From assembly GCA_049276635.1 (NCBI GenBank), contig JBASWU010000068.1, positions 1 through 55,185 of the forward strand: a DNA stretch of 55,185 nt, in the 5' to 3' direction. A program made the position numbers and the translations under genes. Shown here one piece after another: positions 1-10,077 of this stretch (the stretch's first letter is position 1; every line of letters begins with the position of its first letter). The notes below the pieces were generated by a model, which worked only from the letters and a program-made list of their open reading frames with translations, was not told the DNA's origin and made no database searches. This DNA is from Solirubrobacterales bacterium. GTDB lineage: Bacteria > Actinomycetota > Thermoleophilia > Solirubrobacterales > JACPNS01.

Positions 1-44
1 CTGGAGTCTCGCGGCCGGCGGGGTCGTCGTGAGCGGCGCGGCGC

Positions 45-434
45 TCAGTAACTGAAAACGGTCGCGTCGCCGGGGCCGATCCACTCCATCATCCGCGCGG
101 TTCCGGCCGGCGTGACCGGGTCGGCCAAGGCGTCGCGATCGATCGCCCGGGCGTCGAGGCAGACCGGGCAGGCGAAGAACTCCAGCCCGGCGCGCACCGT
201 CTGCCGGTAGAGCTTGTCCAGCGCCGGACAGCCCGCGCACGGAATCACACCCTTGATGTGATCGGGCAGGCCGATCCTCACCGCGTCGAGCGAGAGGAAC
301 ATCAGCACCTGCTTGCCTTGGGCGAGCGCCGACTCGGCGGCGAAGAACGCGAGCATCACCCGCTCTGGGTTTTCCTCGATGCCGGTGGCGAGGTTGACGA
401 CCACTTTGCCGGATCCTTCCTGTGAGTGCGCCAT
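45..434 (-). CDS. DsrE/DsrF-like family protein
   Basis: Lies in ORF 45..485. An internal ATG at 432-434 gives about 129 aa starting MAHSQEGSGKVVVNLATG. Has a small alpha/beta DsrE-like pattern with Cys pairs (IPCAGCP, FACPVCL). The longer N-terminus is Arg/Ala-rich and looks non-coding. Confidence 0.6.
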   Translation of the reverse strand: MAHSQEGSGKVVVNLATGIEENPERVMLAFFAAESALAQGKQVLMFLSLDAVRIGLPDHIKGVIPCAGCPALDKLYRQTVRAGLEFFACPVCLDARAIDRDALADPVTPAGTARMMEWIGPGDATVFSY

Positions 435-528
435 GAAGCCAAGTCTCGCAGCCACGCCGCGCTCGCCGGCCGGTCGGGCCGTCACGCGGCGGGCGAGCGG
501 CAGCGAGGAATGCTCGCGGGATCGCCGA

Positions 529-2367
529 TCAGCCGGGCAGAGGCTCGGCGGTCGCCAGTTCGATCAAATCGCGGCCGTAGTTTTCGAGCTTGGCGGCACC
601 GACGCCCTTGATGCCCTCGAGCTCGGCGATGCTGCCCGGGCGGGCGTTGGCGATCTCGCGCAGCGTGGCGTCGTGGAAGATCACGTAGGCCGGCACCGCG
701 CGCTCCTCGGCCTGGGCGCGTCGCCACTCGCGCAGCCGCTCGTAGATCTCTTCGCCGAGCGGATCAAGCTCGATCGGCGGAGCGCCATCCGCCGTTTTAG
801 TGCGCGCCGCGCGAATCTGCTTGGCCGCGACGCGCAGCGGCAGTGGCAGATCGGAGGTGACGAACTCGCGCCAGTCGCCGGCCAGCCGCAGGACGTTGTA
901 GTGATCGGGATCGACCCGCACCAGGCCGCGCGCCACAAGCTGCCGCAAGACCCCGCGCCACTGCTGATCGCCGAGGTCGTCGCCGATCCCGAACGTCGAC
1001 AGCCGATCGTGTCCAAAGCGGCTGACCTTCTCGGTGTGCTTGCCGCGCAGGATGTCGAAGACGTGGCCGGAGCCGAAGTTCTGGTCGACGCGGTAGACGC
1101 AACTGAGCAGCTTGCGCGCCGGCTCGCCGGCGTCCCATGTTTCCGGCGGGGCGACGCAGTTGTCGCAGTTGCCGCACGCGGTCGAGTGTTCGCCAAAATA
1201 CGCCAGCAACTGCGTACGCCGGCAGTGGGTGCTCTCGCAGAGCGCCAGCAACGCGTCGAGCTTGCCGCGCAGCACCTGTTTGTGCTGGTCGCTCGCCTCG
1301 CCTCTTTCGAGCATGTTGCGCTGCAGTACGACGTCCTGGAGGCCGTAGGCCATCCAGGCATCGGCGGGGTCCCCGTCGCGGCCGGCACGGCCGGTCTCCT
1401 GGTAGTAGCCCTCGATGTTCTTCGGCATGTCGAGATGGGCGACGAAACGCACGTCGGGCTTGTCGATGCCCATTCCGAAGGCGATCGTCGCGGTCATGAC
1501 CAGGCCGTCTTCGCGCAAAAACCGGTCCTGATTCAGGCGACGCCTGTCGGCGCTCAGGCCCGCGTGGTAGGGCAGCGCATCGACGCCGTTGGCCGAGAGC
1601 CAGGCGGCGGTCTCCTCGACCTTGCGGCGCGAGAGGCAGTAGACGATCCCGGCCTCGCCTGCGTGGTTGTCGCGGATGAAGCGCAGAAGCTGGTCGCGCG
1701 CGTTGCGCTTCTCGGCGATCGCGTAGTGAATGTTCGGCCGGTCGAAGCTACTGACGTACTCCCGCGCGCCGGAGAGATCCAGGTGCTGCGCGATCTCGGT
1801 GCGCGTGAGGCTGTCGGCGGTCGCGGTCAGCGCGATGCGCGGCACGCCGGGGAACCGCTCGTGCAGGATCTTCAGGCCGACGTACTCGGGGCGGAAGTCG
1901 TGACCCCATTGCGACACGCAGTGGGCCTCGTCGATCGCGAACATGCTCAGCCGGCCGGCGTCGTCGAGCGTCGCGAGATCGTCGAGGAACCCGGCGTTGG
2001 TCACCCGCTCCGGCGCCGCGTACAGCAACGTCAGCTCGCCCGACATCATCCGGCGATGAACCACGGCAAAATCCTCCGGTGAGAGCGACGAGTTGAGAAA
2101 CGCCGCGGCCACCCCCTGCTCGCGCAGCGCCGCCACCTGGTCGTGCATCAACGCGATAAGCGGCGAGACGACGACCGTCAGCCCGCGACCGGCACGCTGC
2201 CGTGCGATCGCCGGCAGCTGGTAACACAGCGACTTGCCGCCACCGGTCGGCATCAGCACGAGCGCGTCACCGCCGGCGGTGACACGCTCGATGATCGCCT
2301 CCTGCTCGCCGCGAAACGAATCGAAGCCGAAGACCTCTTTGAGAATCGTCTGCGGCGGCGCGGTCAT
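529..2367 (-). CDS. recQ: ATP-dependent DNA helicase RecQ
   Basis: 612 aa. N-terminus [18 protein letters not shown], Walker [19 protein letters not shown] box ([20 protein letters not shown]), zinc-binding Cys cluster (CRR...CGNCDNC), and a C-terminal HRDC-like region ([12 protein letters not shown]). Confidence 0.95.
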   Translation of the reverse strand: MTAPPQTILKEVFGFDSFRGEQEAIIERVTAGGDALVLMPTGGGKSLCYQLPAIARQRAGRGLTVVVSPLIALMHDQVAALREQGVAAAFLNSSLSPEDFAVVHRRMMSGELTLLYAAPERVTNAGFLDDLATLDDAGRLSMFAIDEAHCVSQWGHDFRPEYVGLKILHERFPGVPRIALTATADSLTRTEIAQHLDLSGAREYVSSFDRPNIHYAIAEKRNARDQLLRFIRDNHAGEAGIVYCLSRRKVEETAAWLSANGVDALPYHAGLSADRRRLNQDRFLREDGLVMTATIAFGMGIDKPDVRFVAHLDMPKNIEGYYQETGRAGRDGDPADAWMAYGLQDVVLQRNMLERGEASDQHKQVLRGKLDALLALCESTHCRRTQLLAYFGEHSTACGNCDNCVAPPETWDAGEPARKLLSCVYRVDQNFGSGHVFDILRGKHTEKVSRFGHDRLSTFGIGDDLGDQQWRGVLRQLVARGLVRVDPDHYNVLRLAGDWREFVTSDLPLPLRVAAKQIRAARTKTADGAPPIELDPLGEEIYERLREWRRAQAEERAVPAYVIFHDATLREIANARPGSIAELEGIKGVGAAKLENYGRDLIELATAEPLPG

Positions 2368-2614
2368 CCCGGCAGACTAATCGCGCCGCTGGGCGGATCG
2401 CCCGCCCGTGCGGAAATTTCACGATTCTGTTTGCGGCGCGTGACCCGAGCGTCACGGACCGCGCGCTCGGGCAACAATCGGAAGCCACGATCAAGAACGG
2501 GACGGTGCGGTCGCCCGCGGCGGTGATGTTCGGCGATCAGAGACTCGCGGGGACTCGGGCGGGTCCCACGTCTGGAATCATAATCCCATGAGCGCACAAC
2601 GTCGGCGACCGGGT

Positions 2615-3511
2615 CTACCGGTTGCACCGGGCCAGCGCTCGGGTGTAGAACCGCAGGTAGGCGCCGAAATGGGCCTCCCAGTACGCGTTCTCATGCCGAC
2701 CGGGCCAGGTCTCGGCGCGCAGATTCGCCCCGGCCCGGCGTAAGGCAGAAATCATCGCCTGATCGCCGGGCCGGAATGGATCCTGGTCACCGGCGTCAAG
2801 CCAGATCGGCACCCCAAGGTAGGGCGTGGGGTCGTTGCGCGCGGCGGCGACGACATCGTTACGCGCAAAGTCCTCGGCATCGTCGAACGCGCCGGCCGCG
2901 GTTTCGCCCGCGGTCTGCCAGAGCGCCGGGGCGTGCCCACCGATCGCGCAAAACCGGCCGGGATGAAGCCGCGCCAGATTGAACGCTCCAAATCCTCCCA
3001 TCGAGACCCCGCCGAGCGCCACTCGGCGGCGATCGGAGCCGAACTTACGCTCAACGTAGGGGATGATCTCGGCGGTGACGTACCTGCCCCATTTACCGTC
3101 GGCGCGATCGTGCCAATACGAGGCGTCGCCACCATAGGGCAGCGCGACGATCGGCGCGTCTGGGCCGGCGTCGGCCAACGCCTTGGTCAACGCCCCGTTG
3201 GAGAGGTGCTCCGATGGCGTCCCGCGGCCGTGCAGCAATACGAGCAAGGGGCGCCGGTCCTGTTTGTCAAATCCCTTTGGCAGCAGCACCTCGGCCGGGA
3301 GTGTTCGCCCCACGGAGGGGCTATGGATTCTGATCCGCTCGCGCGTGACCCCGTGGGTGTTGGTGAACCAGTCGGCCGGGTGATCGATCCCGCCGCGAGT
3401 GTTCAGAAACACGGCGACCACCGACAACGCAGAGGCGATGACGATCACCGCCAGCGCTCGCCTTCGCCGCGCCCGGCGCGGGCGTATTCGTCGAGCTGGC
3501 CGGGTGCGCAT
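2615..3511 (-). CDS. Membrane-anchored alpha/beta hydrolase (putative esterase family)
   Basis: 298 aa. Arg-rich N-terminus followed by a TM helix (ALAVIVIASALSVVAVFL). Nucleophile elbow GVSMGG and a LVLLHGRG oxyanion-type motif. Confidence 0.75.
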   Translation of the reverse strand: MRTRPARRIRPRRARRRRALAVIVIASALSVVAVFLNTRGGIDHPADWFTNTHGVTRERIRIHSPSVGRTLPAEVLLPKGFDKQDRRPLLVLLHGRGTPSEHLSNGALTKALADAGPDAPIVALPYGGDASYWHDRADGKWGRYVTAEIIPYVERKFGSDRRRVALGGVSMGGFGAFNLARLHPGRFCAIGGHAPALWQTAGETAAGAFDDAEDFARNDVVAAARNDPTPYLGVPIWLDAGDQDPFRPGDQAMISALRRAGANLRAETWPGRHENAYWEAHFGAYLRFYTRALARCNR

Positions 3512-3664
3512 GACACGGCAATTTAGTCGTCCGGCGCCACGCGTCGTGACCGGGACCGGCCACGTAGCCGCCGATTTGCTGTAGGTTCCCCAACCCTCAC
3601 TAATTGACCGCGCCGGGTTGGCCGAAATGACTGGGCGCTCGTCTCTACATGGTTAGGAGGCGTT

Positions 3665-5246
3665 GTGACTACACACAAGATCACAACGGGACCGTTGAAG
3701 GTCAAATCGGCACTGGTCATCGTCGCGCTCGCGTCTGTCGCCGGGGCGGCGTTTGATTTGCTCGCCAGAAACCAACTGCCGGGCCTTGGGTTCGTGCTTT
3801 TCGCCGGCTCGATCGCCCTGTCAGTACCGCTGGTTCGCCGACCACGGCGCAGAGAAACCTACCTGCTGCTCGCCGCGGCGTGGTCGCTGGCCGCGTGGGT
3901 GACCGTTCGCTCCGCCGACTACCTGGCGGCGATCAACATCTGCGCGGCGCTGCTGCTGCTGTCGGCCGCCGCGTCGTCGGAGGTCTACGCAGTGCGCATC
4001 GGGCTTTGGCGAGTTCGCGACCACGTCCGGTCATGGCTCGGCCAAGTGGCGGCCGTGTGCGCCGGCGCCTCGGCGCCGATCGCCCAATTGTTGCGACAGC
4101 GCAGCAATGCCCGCATCGACGGCGCGAGGCCGTACCTGCGCGGGTTCGTTTTTGCAGTGCCGGTCTTCGTCGTATTTGCGCTGCTGCTGGCGTCGGCCGA
4201 CTCGATGTTCGCGGATTTTCTCGACGGCGCGATCCCGAGCTTCGACATTTCGATCGGACAGACCGGTGAGCATCTGATCTGGATCGCGGCCTTCGCGTGG
4301 ATCGCCGCGGGTTTCTACGTGTTCATCGCACAGCCGGAGCGGTCCTTCGGCCGGCCGGGTGCCGCCGGATGCGGCTTCGGGCACGTGGGCCGCTCCGACG
4401 GCCAAGCCGCCCACGGCGACCGGCGGGCGCGTCGGGTACATCGAGGTGATGATCGTGCTGAGCTCGGTCTGCGCGTTGTTCGCGCTGTTCGTCACGTTCC
4501 AGTTCGCATATCTGTTTCGCGGTGCGGCGCAGATCGACCTACCCGGCGTGACTTACGCACAGTACGCCCGCGCCGGCTTCTTTCAGCTGCTCGCGGTCGC
4601 GGTCATGACCGCCGCCCTGGTGTGGTTCGCGCTCGAGGCCGTCGGTGGGAGCATCGAGGGCCGGCGCCTCACGGCGTTTCGTATCGCCGGCACGTTGATG
4701 ATCGTGCTCACCGGCGTGATCCTGATCTCGGCGCTCAAACGCCTCGGCCTGTACGAAGAGGCGTATGGGTTCACTCGCCTGCGTCTGCTCAGCCACGTGT
4801 TTGCGTATCTGATCGCCGGCGTGCTCACGCTACTGCTGGCGCAGGTCTATTGGGAGCGCCGGCACCTTTTCCTTGCGGGAACGATCGGGCTGGGCTTCGT
4901 CGCGCTGACCGCGCTCAACGCGATCAACCCCGACGCGTACATCGCCGCCCAGAACCTTGCCCGTCCGAGCGCGATGAAAAAGATCGACTTCGGCGATGGA
5001 AACGGCCGCTACCTAGGCTACATCAGCGAACTCAGCCCGGACGCGGTGCCGACCGTCCTAAATCAGTACGCGGCGTCGCCACGCGACGCCGTCTACGAGA
5101 AGCAACTCGCGGTGTGGATCTGCTGGTATATCGACCCAGGCGTAGGCTGGCGCGAATGGAGCCTCGGCCGATCAAAGTCTAAGGCCGCCGCCAAGCGGTC
5201 CGGCTTCGGGCCGCACAGCCAGCGCTGCAGGGAGTACACCGGTTGA
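3665..5246 (+). pseudogene. DUF4153/DUF4173-like polytopic membrane protein, split by a frame change near 4340-4400
   Basis: GTG start at 3665 preceded by aggagg. The first frame is hydrophobic until about nt 4340, then becomes Arg-rich nonsense. The next frame (ORF 4359..5246) continues with membrane-protein sequence (RVGYIEVMIVLSSVCALFALFVTFQFAYLFRG, YGFTRLRLLSHVFAYLIAG). Confidence 0.6.
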
Positions 5247-5276
5247 GCGCCGGCATTCCCGAGGGCGCTGGCACAC

Positions 5277-5663
5277 CTAGCGCGCTTTTTCGGCCGCCTC
5301 CCGGCTACGCTTGGCGGCCTCCCTGGCCTGCGCGTAACTGGTTTTGCACTGCGCGGTGGCGCTCGCTCGCTGTGTTTCGTCGGCGAGGTTTTTTGCCCCG
5401 GCCAAACACGCATCCAAGCCGGCCGCGAGCGCTTCTTCGGCCGTCGGGACGTCGTCGCGAGCATCACCGCTCTTGCCGCCGTCGGAAGTTATTTCGGTCG
5501 GCTCGGCGGTTCCCGTCTCCGCGCTGACGGGCTCGCTCGCGCCACTGGTCGCCGCCGATGGCGTAGGCGCGGTGGAATCGGTGGAATCATCGCCGCATCC
5601 GGCGATCGCCAGCGCAAGCAAGACCAGCGCTACGGCAAATGTAAGTGGCGGACGAAATCGCAT
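5277..5663 (-). CDS. Lipoprotein of unknown function
   Basis: 128 aa. Signal peptide with lipobox (LLALAIAGCGDD), a Ser/Thr/Ala-rich linker, then a short helical C-terminal part. Confidence 0.6.
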   Translation of the reverse strand: MRFRPPLTFAVALVLLALAIAGCGDDSTDSTAPTPSAATSGASEPVSAETGTAEPTEITSDGGKSGDARDDVPTAEEALAAGLDACLAGAKNLADETQRASATAQCKTSYAQAREAAKRSREAAEKAR

Positions 5664-5803
5664 TCTCTAACTCCCCCTGCGGTGATGGTGCGGTTAAAGG
5701 CTCCGGACGGCAAACCGGGCGCGTCACACTCTACCGGCGCCCGCCGTGACCGGCCGGCTTTTTCCGCGCCCGGCGCATTCATTGGGCGATCGGCGGGGCC
5801 TGA

Positions 5804-7141
5804 CTACCCGCGGGCGACGAAGGTCAGCGCATGGCCGCCGAGACCGGCGCGGCCGGTGCGGCCGATGCGGTGGACGTAGTCCTCGTAGCTGTCGGGCTGG
5901 TCGAAGTTGATCACGTGGCTGACTTCGGGGATGTCGAGCCCGCGAGAAGCGACGTCGGTGGCGCAGAGAATCTGCGCCCGGTAGTCCTTGAAGGCCTTGA
6001 GCGAGCGCTCGCGCTGCGGCTGGCTCTTGTTGCCGTGGATCGCCTCCGAGCGTAGGCCATGCTTGTTGAGCTTGTCCGAAAGCTTCTGCACGCCGTGTTT
6101 GGTCTGGCCGAAGATGATCACGCGCTCGAACTCCGGCTTTTGCAGCAGTTCGGCGAGGATCTCTATTTTCTCCTCCTTGGAGGAGGCCTCGATCACGTCC
6201 TGCTGGATGTGGTCGTTGGTCTCGTTGGTGCGCACCGAGCAGGTGACCGGGTTGACGAGGAAGTCCTTGAGCAGGCGCTCGATCTCCGGCGTGATCGTCG
6301 CGGAGAAGCAGAGCGACTGACGCTTGCCCGGCAGCGTCTCGACGATGAAGCGGATGTCCTTGATGAAGCCCATGTCGAGCATGCGGTCGGCCTCATCGAG
6401 AATCAGCACGTCACTCTCGTCGGTCGGCAGCTCGCCCTGCTGGAGCAGATCCTTGAGGCGGCCAGGCGTGCCGATGATCACATGGGGATCGCGGCGCAGA
6501 GCCTTGATCTGACGGTTGATGTTGACGCCGCCGACGCAGATCGCGCTGCGCAGCCCGAGGCCCTTGGAGAACACGCGGAACTCCTCCTCGATCTGGTTGG
6601 CGAGTTCGCGGGTCGGCGCCATGATCAGCACGTTGCCCTCGAAGTCGTGATCGAGCAGCGCCTGAATCATCGGCAACACGAAGGCCGCCGTCTTTCCGGT
6701 GCCGGTGTTGGCGAGACCGACGAGGTCGCGCCCGTCGAGAATCGGCTTGATCGCCACGTCTTGAATGTGCGTCGGAGTCACATAGCCGTGTGCCGCGATG
6801 TTGCGCTTCAGCGGCTCGCTGAAGGCGAAGTCGTTGAAGCTGTGCGTCGCTACGTACTCCGGCCGTTCGACCCGCGTGACCGCGGTGTTGACGAACTTCG
6901 AGGGGTGGATGTCGCTGACCTTGCGGTTGCCGCGCTTGTTCGGGCGTCCGGCGCCGTTGCCGCCGTGACCGCGCGATCCGCGGTGTGGCTTTCCGCCGGG
7001 ACGACCACCGCCGCTCGACGATGAGTGTGCATTGCCGCCGCCGCTCTTATGACGCGACTGGCCGCCCGGTCCGTTGCCGCGCGAGCCATTCTTGCTGCGC
7101 GAACCGGAACGGGACTTGGAAGATCCGTAACTACTAGACAT
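5804..7141 (-). CDS. DEAD-box ATP-dependent RNA helicase with an N-terminal Ser/Gly/Arg/Lys-rich tail
   Basis: 445 aa. Q motif (FNDFAFSEPL...THIQ), motif I ANTGTGKTAAF, Ia PTRELA, II DEAD, III SAT, VI HRIGRTGRAG. The first ~85 aa are low-complexity and basic. The core runs to the stop codon. Confidence 0.93.
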   Translation of the reverse strand: MSSSYGSSKSRSGSRSKNGSRGNGPGGQSRHKSGGGNAHSSSSGGGRPGGKPHRGSRGHGGNGAGRPNKRGNRKVSDIHPSKFVNTAVTRVERPEYVATHSFNDFAFSEPLKRNIAAHGYVTPTHIQDVAIKPILDGRDLVGLANTGTGKTAAFVLPMIQALLDHDFEGNVLIMAPTRELANQIEEEFRVFSKGLGLRSAICVGGVNINRQIKALRRDPHVIIGTPGRLKDLLQQGELPTDESDVLILDEADRMLDMGFIKDIRFIVETLPGKRQSLCFSATITPEIERLLKDFLVNPVTCSVRTNETNDHIQQDVIEASSKEEKIEILAELLQKPEFERVIIFGQTKHGVQKLSDKLNKHGLRSEAIHGNKSQPQRERSLKAFKDYRAQILCATDVASRGLDIPEVSHVINFDQPDSYEDYVHRIGRTGRAGLGGHALTFVARG

Positions 7142-7586
7142 ATAGATGAATACCTTTTTGATTGAACTCTCGGGATGAGAGTCCGCCTCGCGTTGATCGC
7201 GCGGCGTGAGATGACACGAACTTCTCTGTCGTGAGTAATTGACTGGCGTTGACGCCCGCCGAAATTAAAAACTCGAGGAGGTCACCGGGCGAGCCACGAA
7301 CCGACCGTCTCCAGACGTGCCGGAGAGAGAAGTTTCTGGTCGGCGCTGACGATTCCCATCGTGGCCCCTCTGTGGGCCGTGAGACTCATTCCGCGCTCGC
7401 CGTCTCACAGAGCATAGACGTTCTCCGAGGGAGTAGGCCGTAGTGAAATAGATTGCCGCCCGTGGTTGCGCCGATCCGATCGACGAGGCGACGCTGTCCT
7501 CAGGCTCGCGCCGGTCCAAGCCAAACCTCGATCGAGCCCGGTGAGCGGTGGGGATTGATGGAGGGTGGACGCAGCGCGGCCGGCGG
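7142..7586 (-). promoter_or_regulatory. Long (445 bp), lower-GC untranslated/promoter region upstream of the DEAD-box helicase
   Basis: No convincing ORF on either strand. Composition is visibly AT-richer than the flanks. Lies between the helicase start (7141) and the stop of the GGDEF gene (7587). Confidence 0.3.
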
Positions 7587-9836
7587 CTAGCCCACGGTCA
7601 GACCGAGGTCGGCGTACGCCCGGCGGTCGCGGTACGACTCGTTCTTGGCCTCATGCAGCGCCGCGTCGGCGCGCGCCAAGAGATCGTCAACACTCTCACC
7701 GGGCCGCGACACGACCCAGCCAACGCTGACACCGGGGTTGACGTCGGGCACCAGTTCGATCCGCGCGCGCTCGATGGCGGTTGTGATGCGCGCGGTGGCG
7801 AGCACAGCGTCGTTCTCGGCGGCCTCGGTCATCACCACGGCGAACTCATCACCGCCGCGGCGCGCGGGCATATCGGCTTGACGTGCCGTCGACTCGATCG
7901 CCTCCGCAACGGCGGTCAGCACGCGGTCTCCGACCGAGTGACTATGGCGGTCATTAACCGATTTGAAGTCATCGAGATCGAACATCAGCAGCGCGAAACA
8001 TCCGCCCGTTGCCGCGCTACGGCGAATCTCGTACTCGAGCCGGTCGCGCAATCGCCGCGTATTGGGCAGGCCGGTCAGCGGGTCGGTTCGCGCGAGCTCG
8101 GCCTTTTCACCTGCCGCCTCGATCGTGTGGATCCGCGTAATCGCCAACACCATCCCGGCTAGCGCGACGTTAACCGCGGTGACCGACCAGCGAATCCCCG
8201 AAAACGGATAGCCGCTCGAGACCAAAAATGCGCCGTAGAGGCCCATGCCTATCACGAGGTACACAACCGCATGTTTAAACGGCAGCAGCGCCATTGCGAT
8301 CAGAATCATGAACACGTAGATGTCCGTGCCCACCGGAGCGGCGTCGCCGATCAGCAGGCAACTGACCGTGATCATCAGGAGTGCGCCGATCGCGAAAATG
8401 TGCGTGGTCAGGTTCGCCTGCAATCCGCGCATCCTCGCCCAAACGCCGAGCGGGGCGAAGACCAGCAGCCAGCTGGCCAGTGCCGCGATCTCCGGCAGCG
8501 AGAACGCGAAACTCGTCGCCCCCGTCAGCACCCAGAGCCCGACGACCAGACAGCACACGACAGTCACAACGATTGTGTGCAGCCAAGCCAGCCTGGAGAC
8601 CCCGGCCATCGGGTCGTCAGCGATCATTAGGCGGTCGGAGTCGCGGGCGCGCGGCCGGTCGCCGGCAAGCGGCGTCCCGCGGACCGGTAGCACCGCCGAT
8701 GCCACCGGGCTACCGCGTCGTTCCGGCGCCGTCGCCTTCGCGTGGTGCAGTGCGTCGTCGCCGCGCTGAAGAACTTCGCTCGCCGTCTCGTCTGCCTGGT
8801 ATGACACCCAGCCGGCGCTCGCGTACGGAGTCAGCCCCGGGCAGACCGCCCGGCGAGCGTCGACGATCCGGTCGCAGGCTCGATCGGCGAGGAGCTGGAT
8901 GTCCCGTCCGGCGGAGATCGGCGCCAGCACGCTGAACTCATCGCCGCCACGCCGAACGAGCATGTCGGTCGACTCCAGCGCCGAGGCGATCGCGTCGGCC
9001 GCCGCGACCAGCACGTCATCGCCGACCGAGTGATTGAAACTGTCGTTGACCTGCTTGAAGTTGTCGAGGTCGAACGCGATCAACGCGAATCCCTCGCCGC
9101 CGCGGTTCGCGCGAGCGATCTCCTCCGAGAGCCGTTCCTCGAACTTGCGCATGTTGGCGGCCCCGGTCAGCGGATCGCGCTCGGCTATCTCGCGGTTGGA
9201 GATGACCGTGCGGATCAGCCGTCGCTTCAGCGACCACGCCAGCCACGAAAGACTGACCGTGACGATCGCCAGCAACGCGCCACGCAGCATCGCGTCGGGG
9301 GCGTCGATGCGCGCCGACGTCACGAGAATCGCGATCGCTCCGGCGGCGATGATCGGCGCGGCCTTTCGCGCCGTCGCAAGGTAATAGGCGGCGCCGACCG
9401 GACCGAGCAGGAACAGCGTCAAGAGCGGGGAGACCATGTTCGGAGTGGCCAGATCCGAGACGAACGTCCCGGCGATCGAGAAGATCAGCGTCAGTTGAAA
9501 CACCCAGTCCTTGAAGACATAGGAAAAACGCCTGCCGATGACCACGAACAGCGGGGCGATCGAGATGCCGACGGCGCACAGCGCGAGCGTGAACGGGTTG
9601 CGAAACTCGGCGCCGTAGGGAGTCATCGCGAATATCACCGGGGCGGATGCGACCGACAATGCATAGGCGGCCAGCACCCAGTAGTGGATCCGGTTCGGAA
9701 TCCCGAGTTCGTCGACCAGCTCGCCGTCGCGCGGTGCGAGCAATCGCGCGACCACTCCACGCGAAGCGATGTCTCGAGCCGGCTCGCGCAAGACGATCCC
9801 GTCGTCCCTCGGGGATGTGAAAGTTCGCGTTCGCAT
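7587..9836 (-). CDS. Membrane diguanylate cyclase with duplicated TM-GGDEF-TM-GGDEF architecture
   Basis: 749 aa. Two hydrophobic multi-TM blocks, each followed by a GGDEF domain (RRGGDEFSVLAP and RRGGDEFAVVMTE). Confidence 0.9.
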   Translation of the reverse strand: MRTRTFTSPRDDGIVLREPARDIASRGVVARLLAPRDGELVDELGIPNRIHYWVLAAYALSVASAPVIFAMTPYGAEFRNPFTLALCAVGISIAPLFVVIGRRFSYVFKDWVFQLTLIFSIAGTFVSDLATPNMVSPLLTLFLLGPVGAAYYLATARKAAPIIAAGAIAILVTSARIDAPDAMLRGALLAIVTVSLSWLAWSLKRRLIRTVISNREIAERDPLTGAANMRKFEERLSEEIARANRGGEGFALIAFDLDNFKQVNDSFNHSVGDDVLVAAADAIASALESTDMLVRRGGDEFSVLAPISAGRDIQLLADRACDRIVDARRAVCPGLTPYASAGWVSYQADETASEVLQRGDDALHHAKATAPERRGSPVASAVLPVRGTPLAGDRPRARDSDRLMIADDPMAGVSRLAWLHTIVVTVVCCLVVGLWVLTGATSFAFSLPEIAALASWLLVFAPLGVWARMRGLQANLTTHIFAIGALLMITVSCLLIGDAAPVGTDIYVFMILIAMALLPFKHAVVYLVIGMGLYGAFLVSSGYPFSGIRWSVTAVNVALAGMVLAITRIHTIEAAGEKAELARTDPLTGLPNTRRLRDRLEYEIRRSAATGGCFALLMFDLDDFKSVNDRHSHSVGDRVLTAVAEAIESTARQADMPARRGGDEFAVVMTEAAENDAVLATARITTAIERARIELVPDVNPGVSVGWVVSRPGESVDDLLARADAALHEAKNESYRDRRAYADLGLTVG

Positions 9837-9845
9837 GTGTCCCGG

Positions 9846-9870
9846 GGATCCCGTGGATCCGCCTGGATCC
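9846..9870. repeat. Three GGATCC palindromes spaced 9-10 bp apart, with outer GGGGATCC/GGATCCCC arms able to pair
   Basis: Sequence ggggatcccgtggatccgcctggatcccc, 10-35 nt upstream of the GGDEF gene start codon (9836). Confidence 0.5.
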
Positions 9871-10077
9871 CCATCCGATATCGACCATCCGGCGCAGTAC
9901 CGCAGTAGCGGTACCCTGGAACGGACGTTTGTTCGAGGTCGACCCTGGACTGACGGCGACCCGGAACCCCTCGTCCAAGCGATAAATCAGCTGCGGCGAA
10001 CCGGCGGCCGGCGCCGAGTGCCACTAGAGCACGTACCGCACCGGCTCGCACGCGCCACTCATATCACGCGAAAACTC

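Noticed and set aside
313-2082. 589-aa plus-strand ORF opposite recQ. Similar very long ORFs lie antisense to well-supported genes: 26113..27879, 28746..29894, 32673..33695, 37171..38484, 43092..45077, 22750..23997, 45028..45843, 46548..47399 and 48885..49979.
   Set aside because: These are typical high-GC shadow ORFs. They have Arg/Ala/Gly/Asp-dominated composition and no recognisable motifs, and each lies exactly opposite a gene with clear family signatures.
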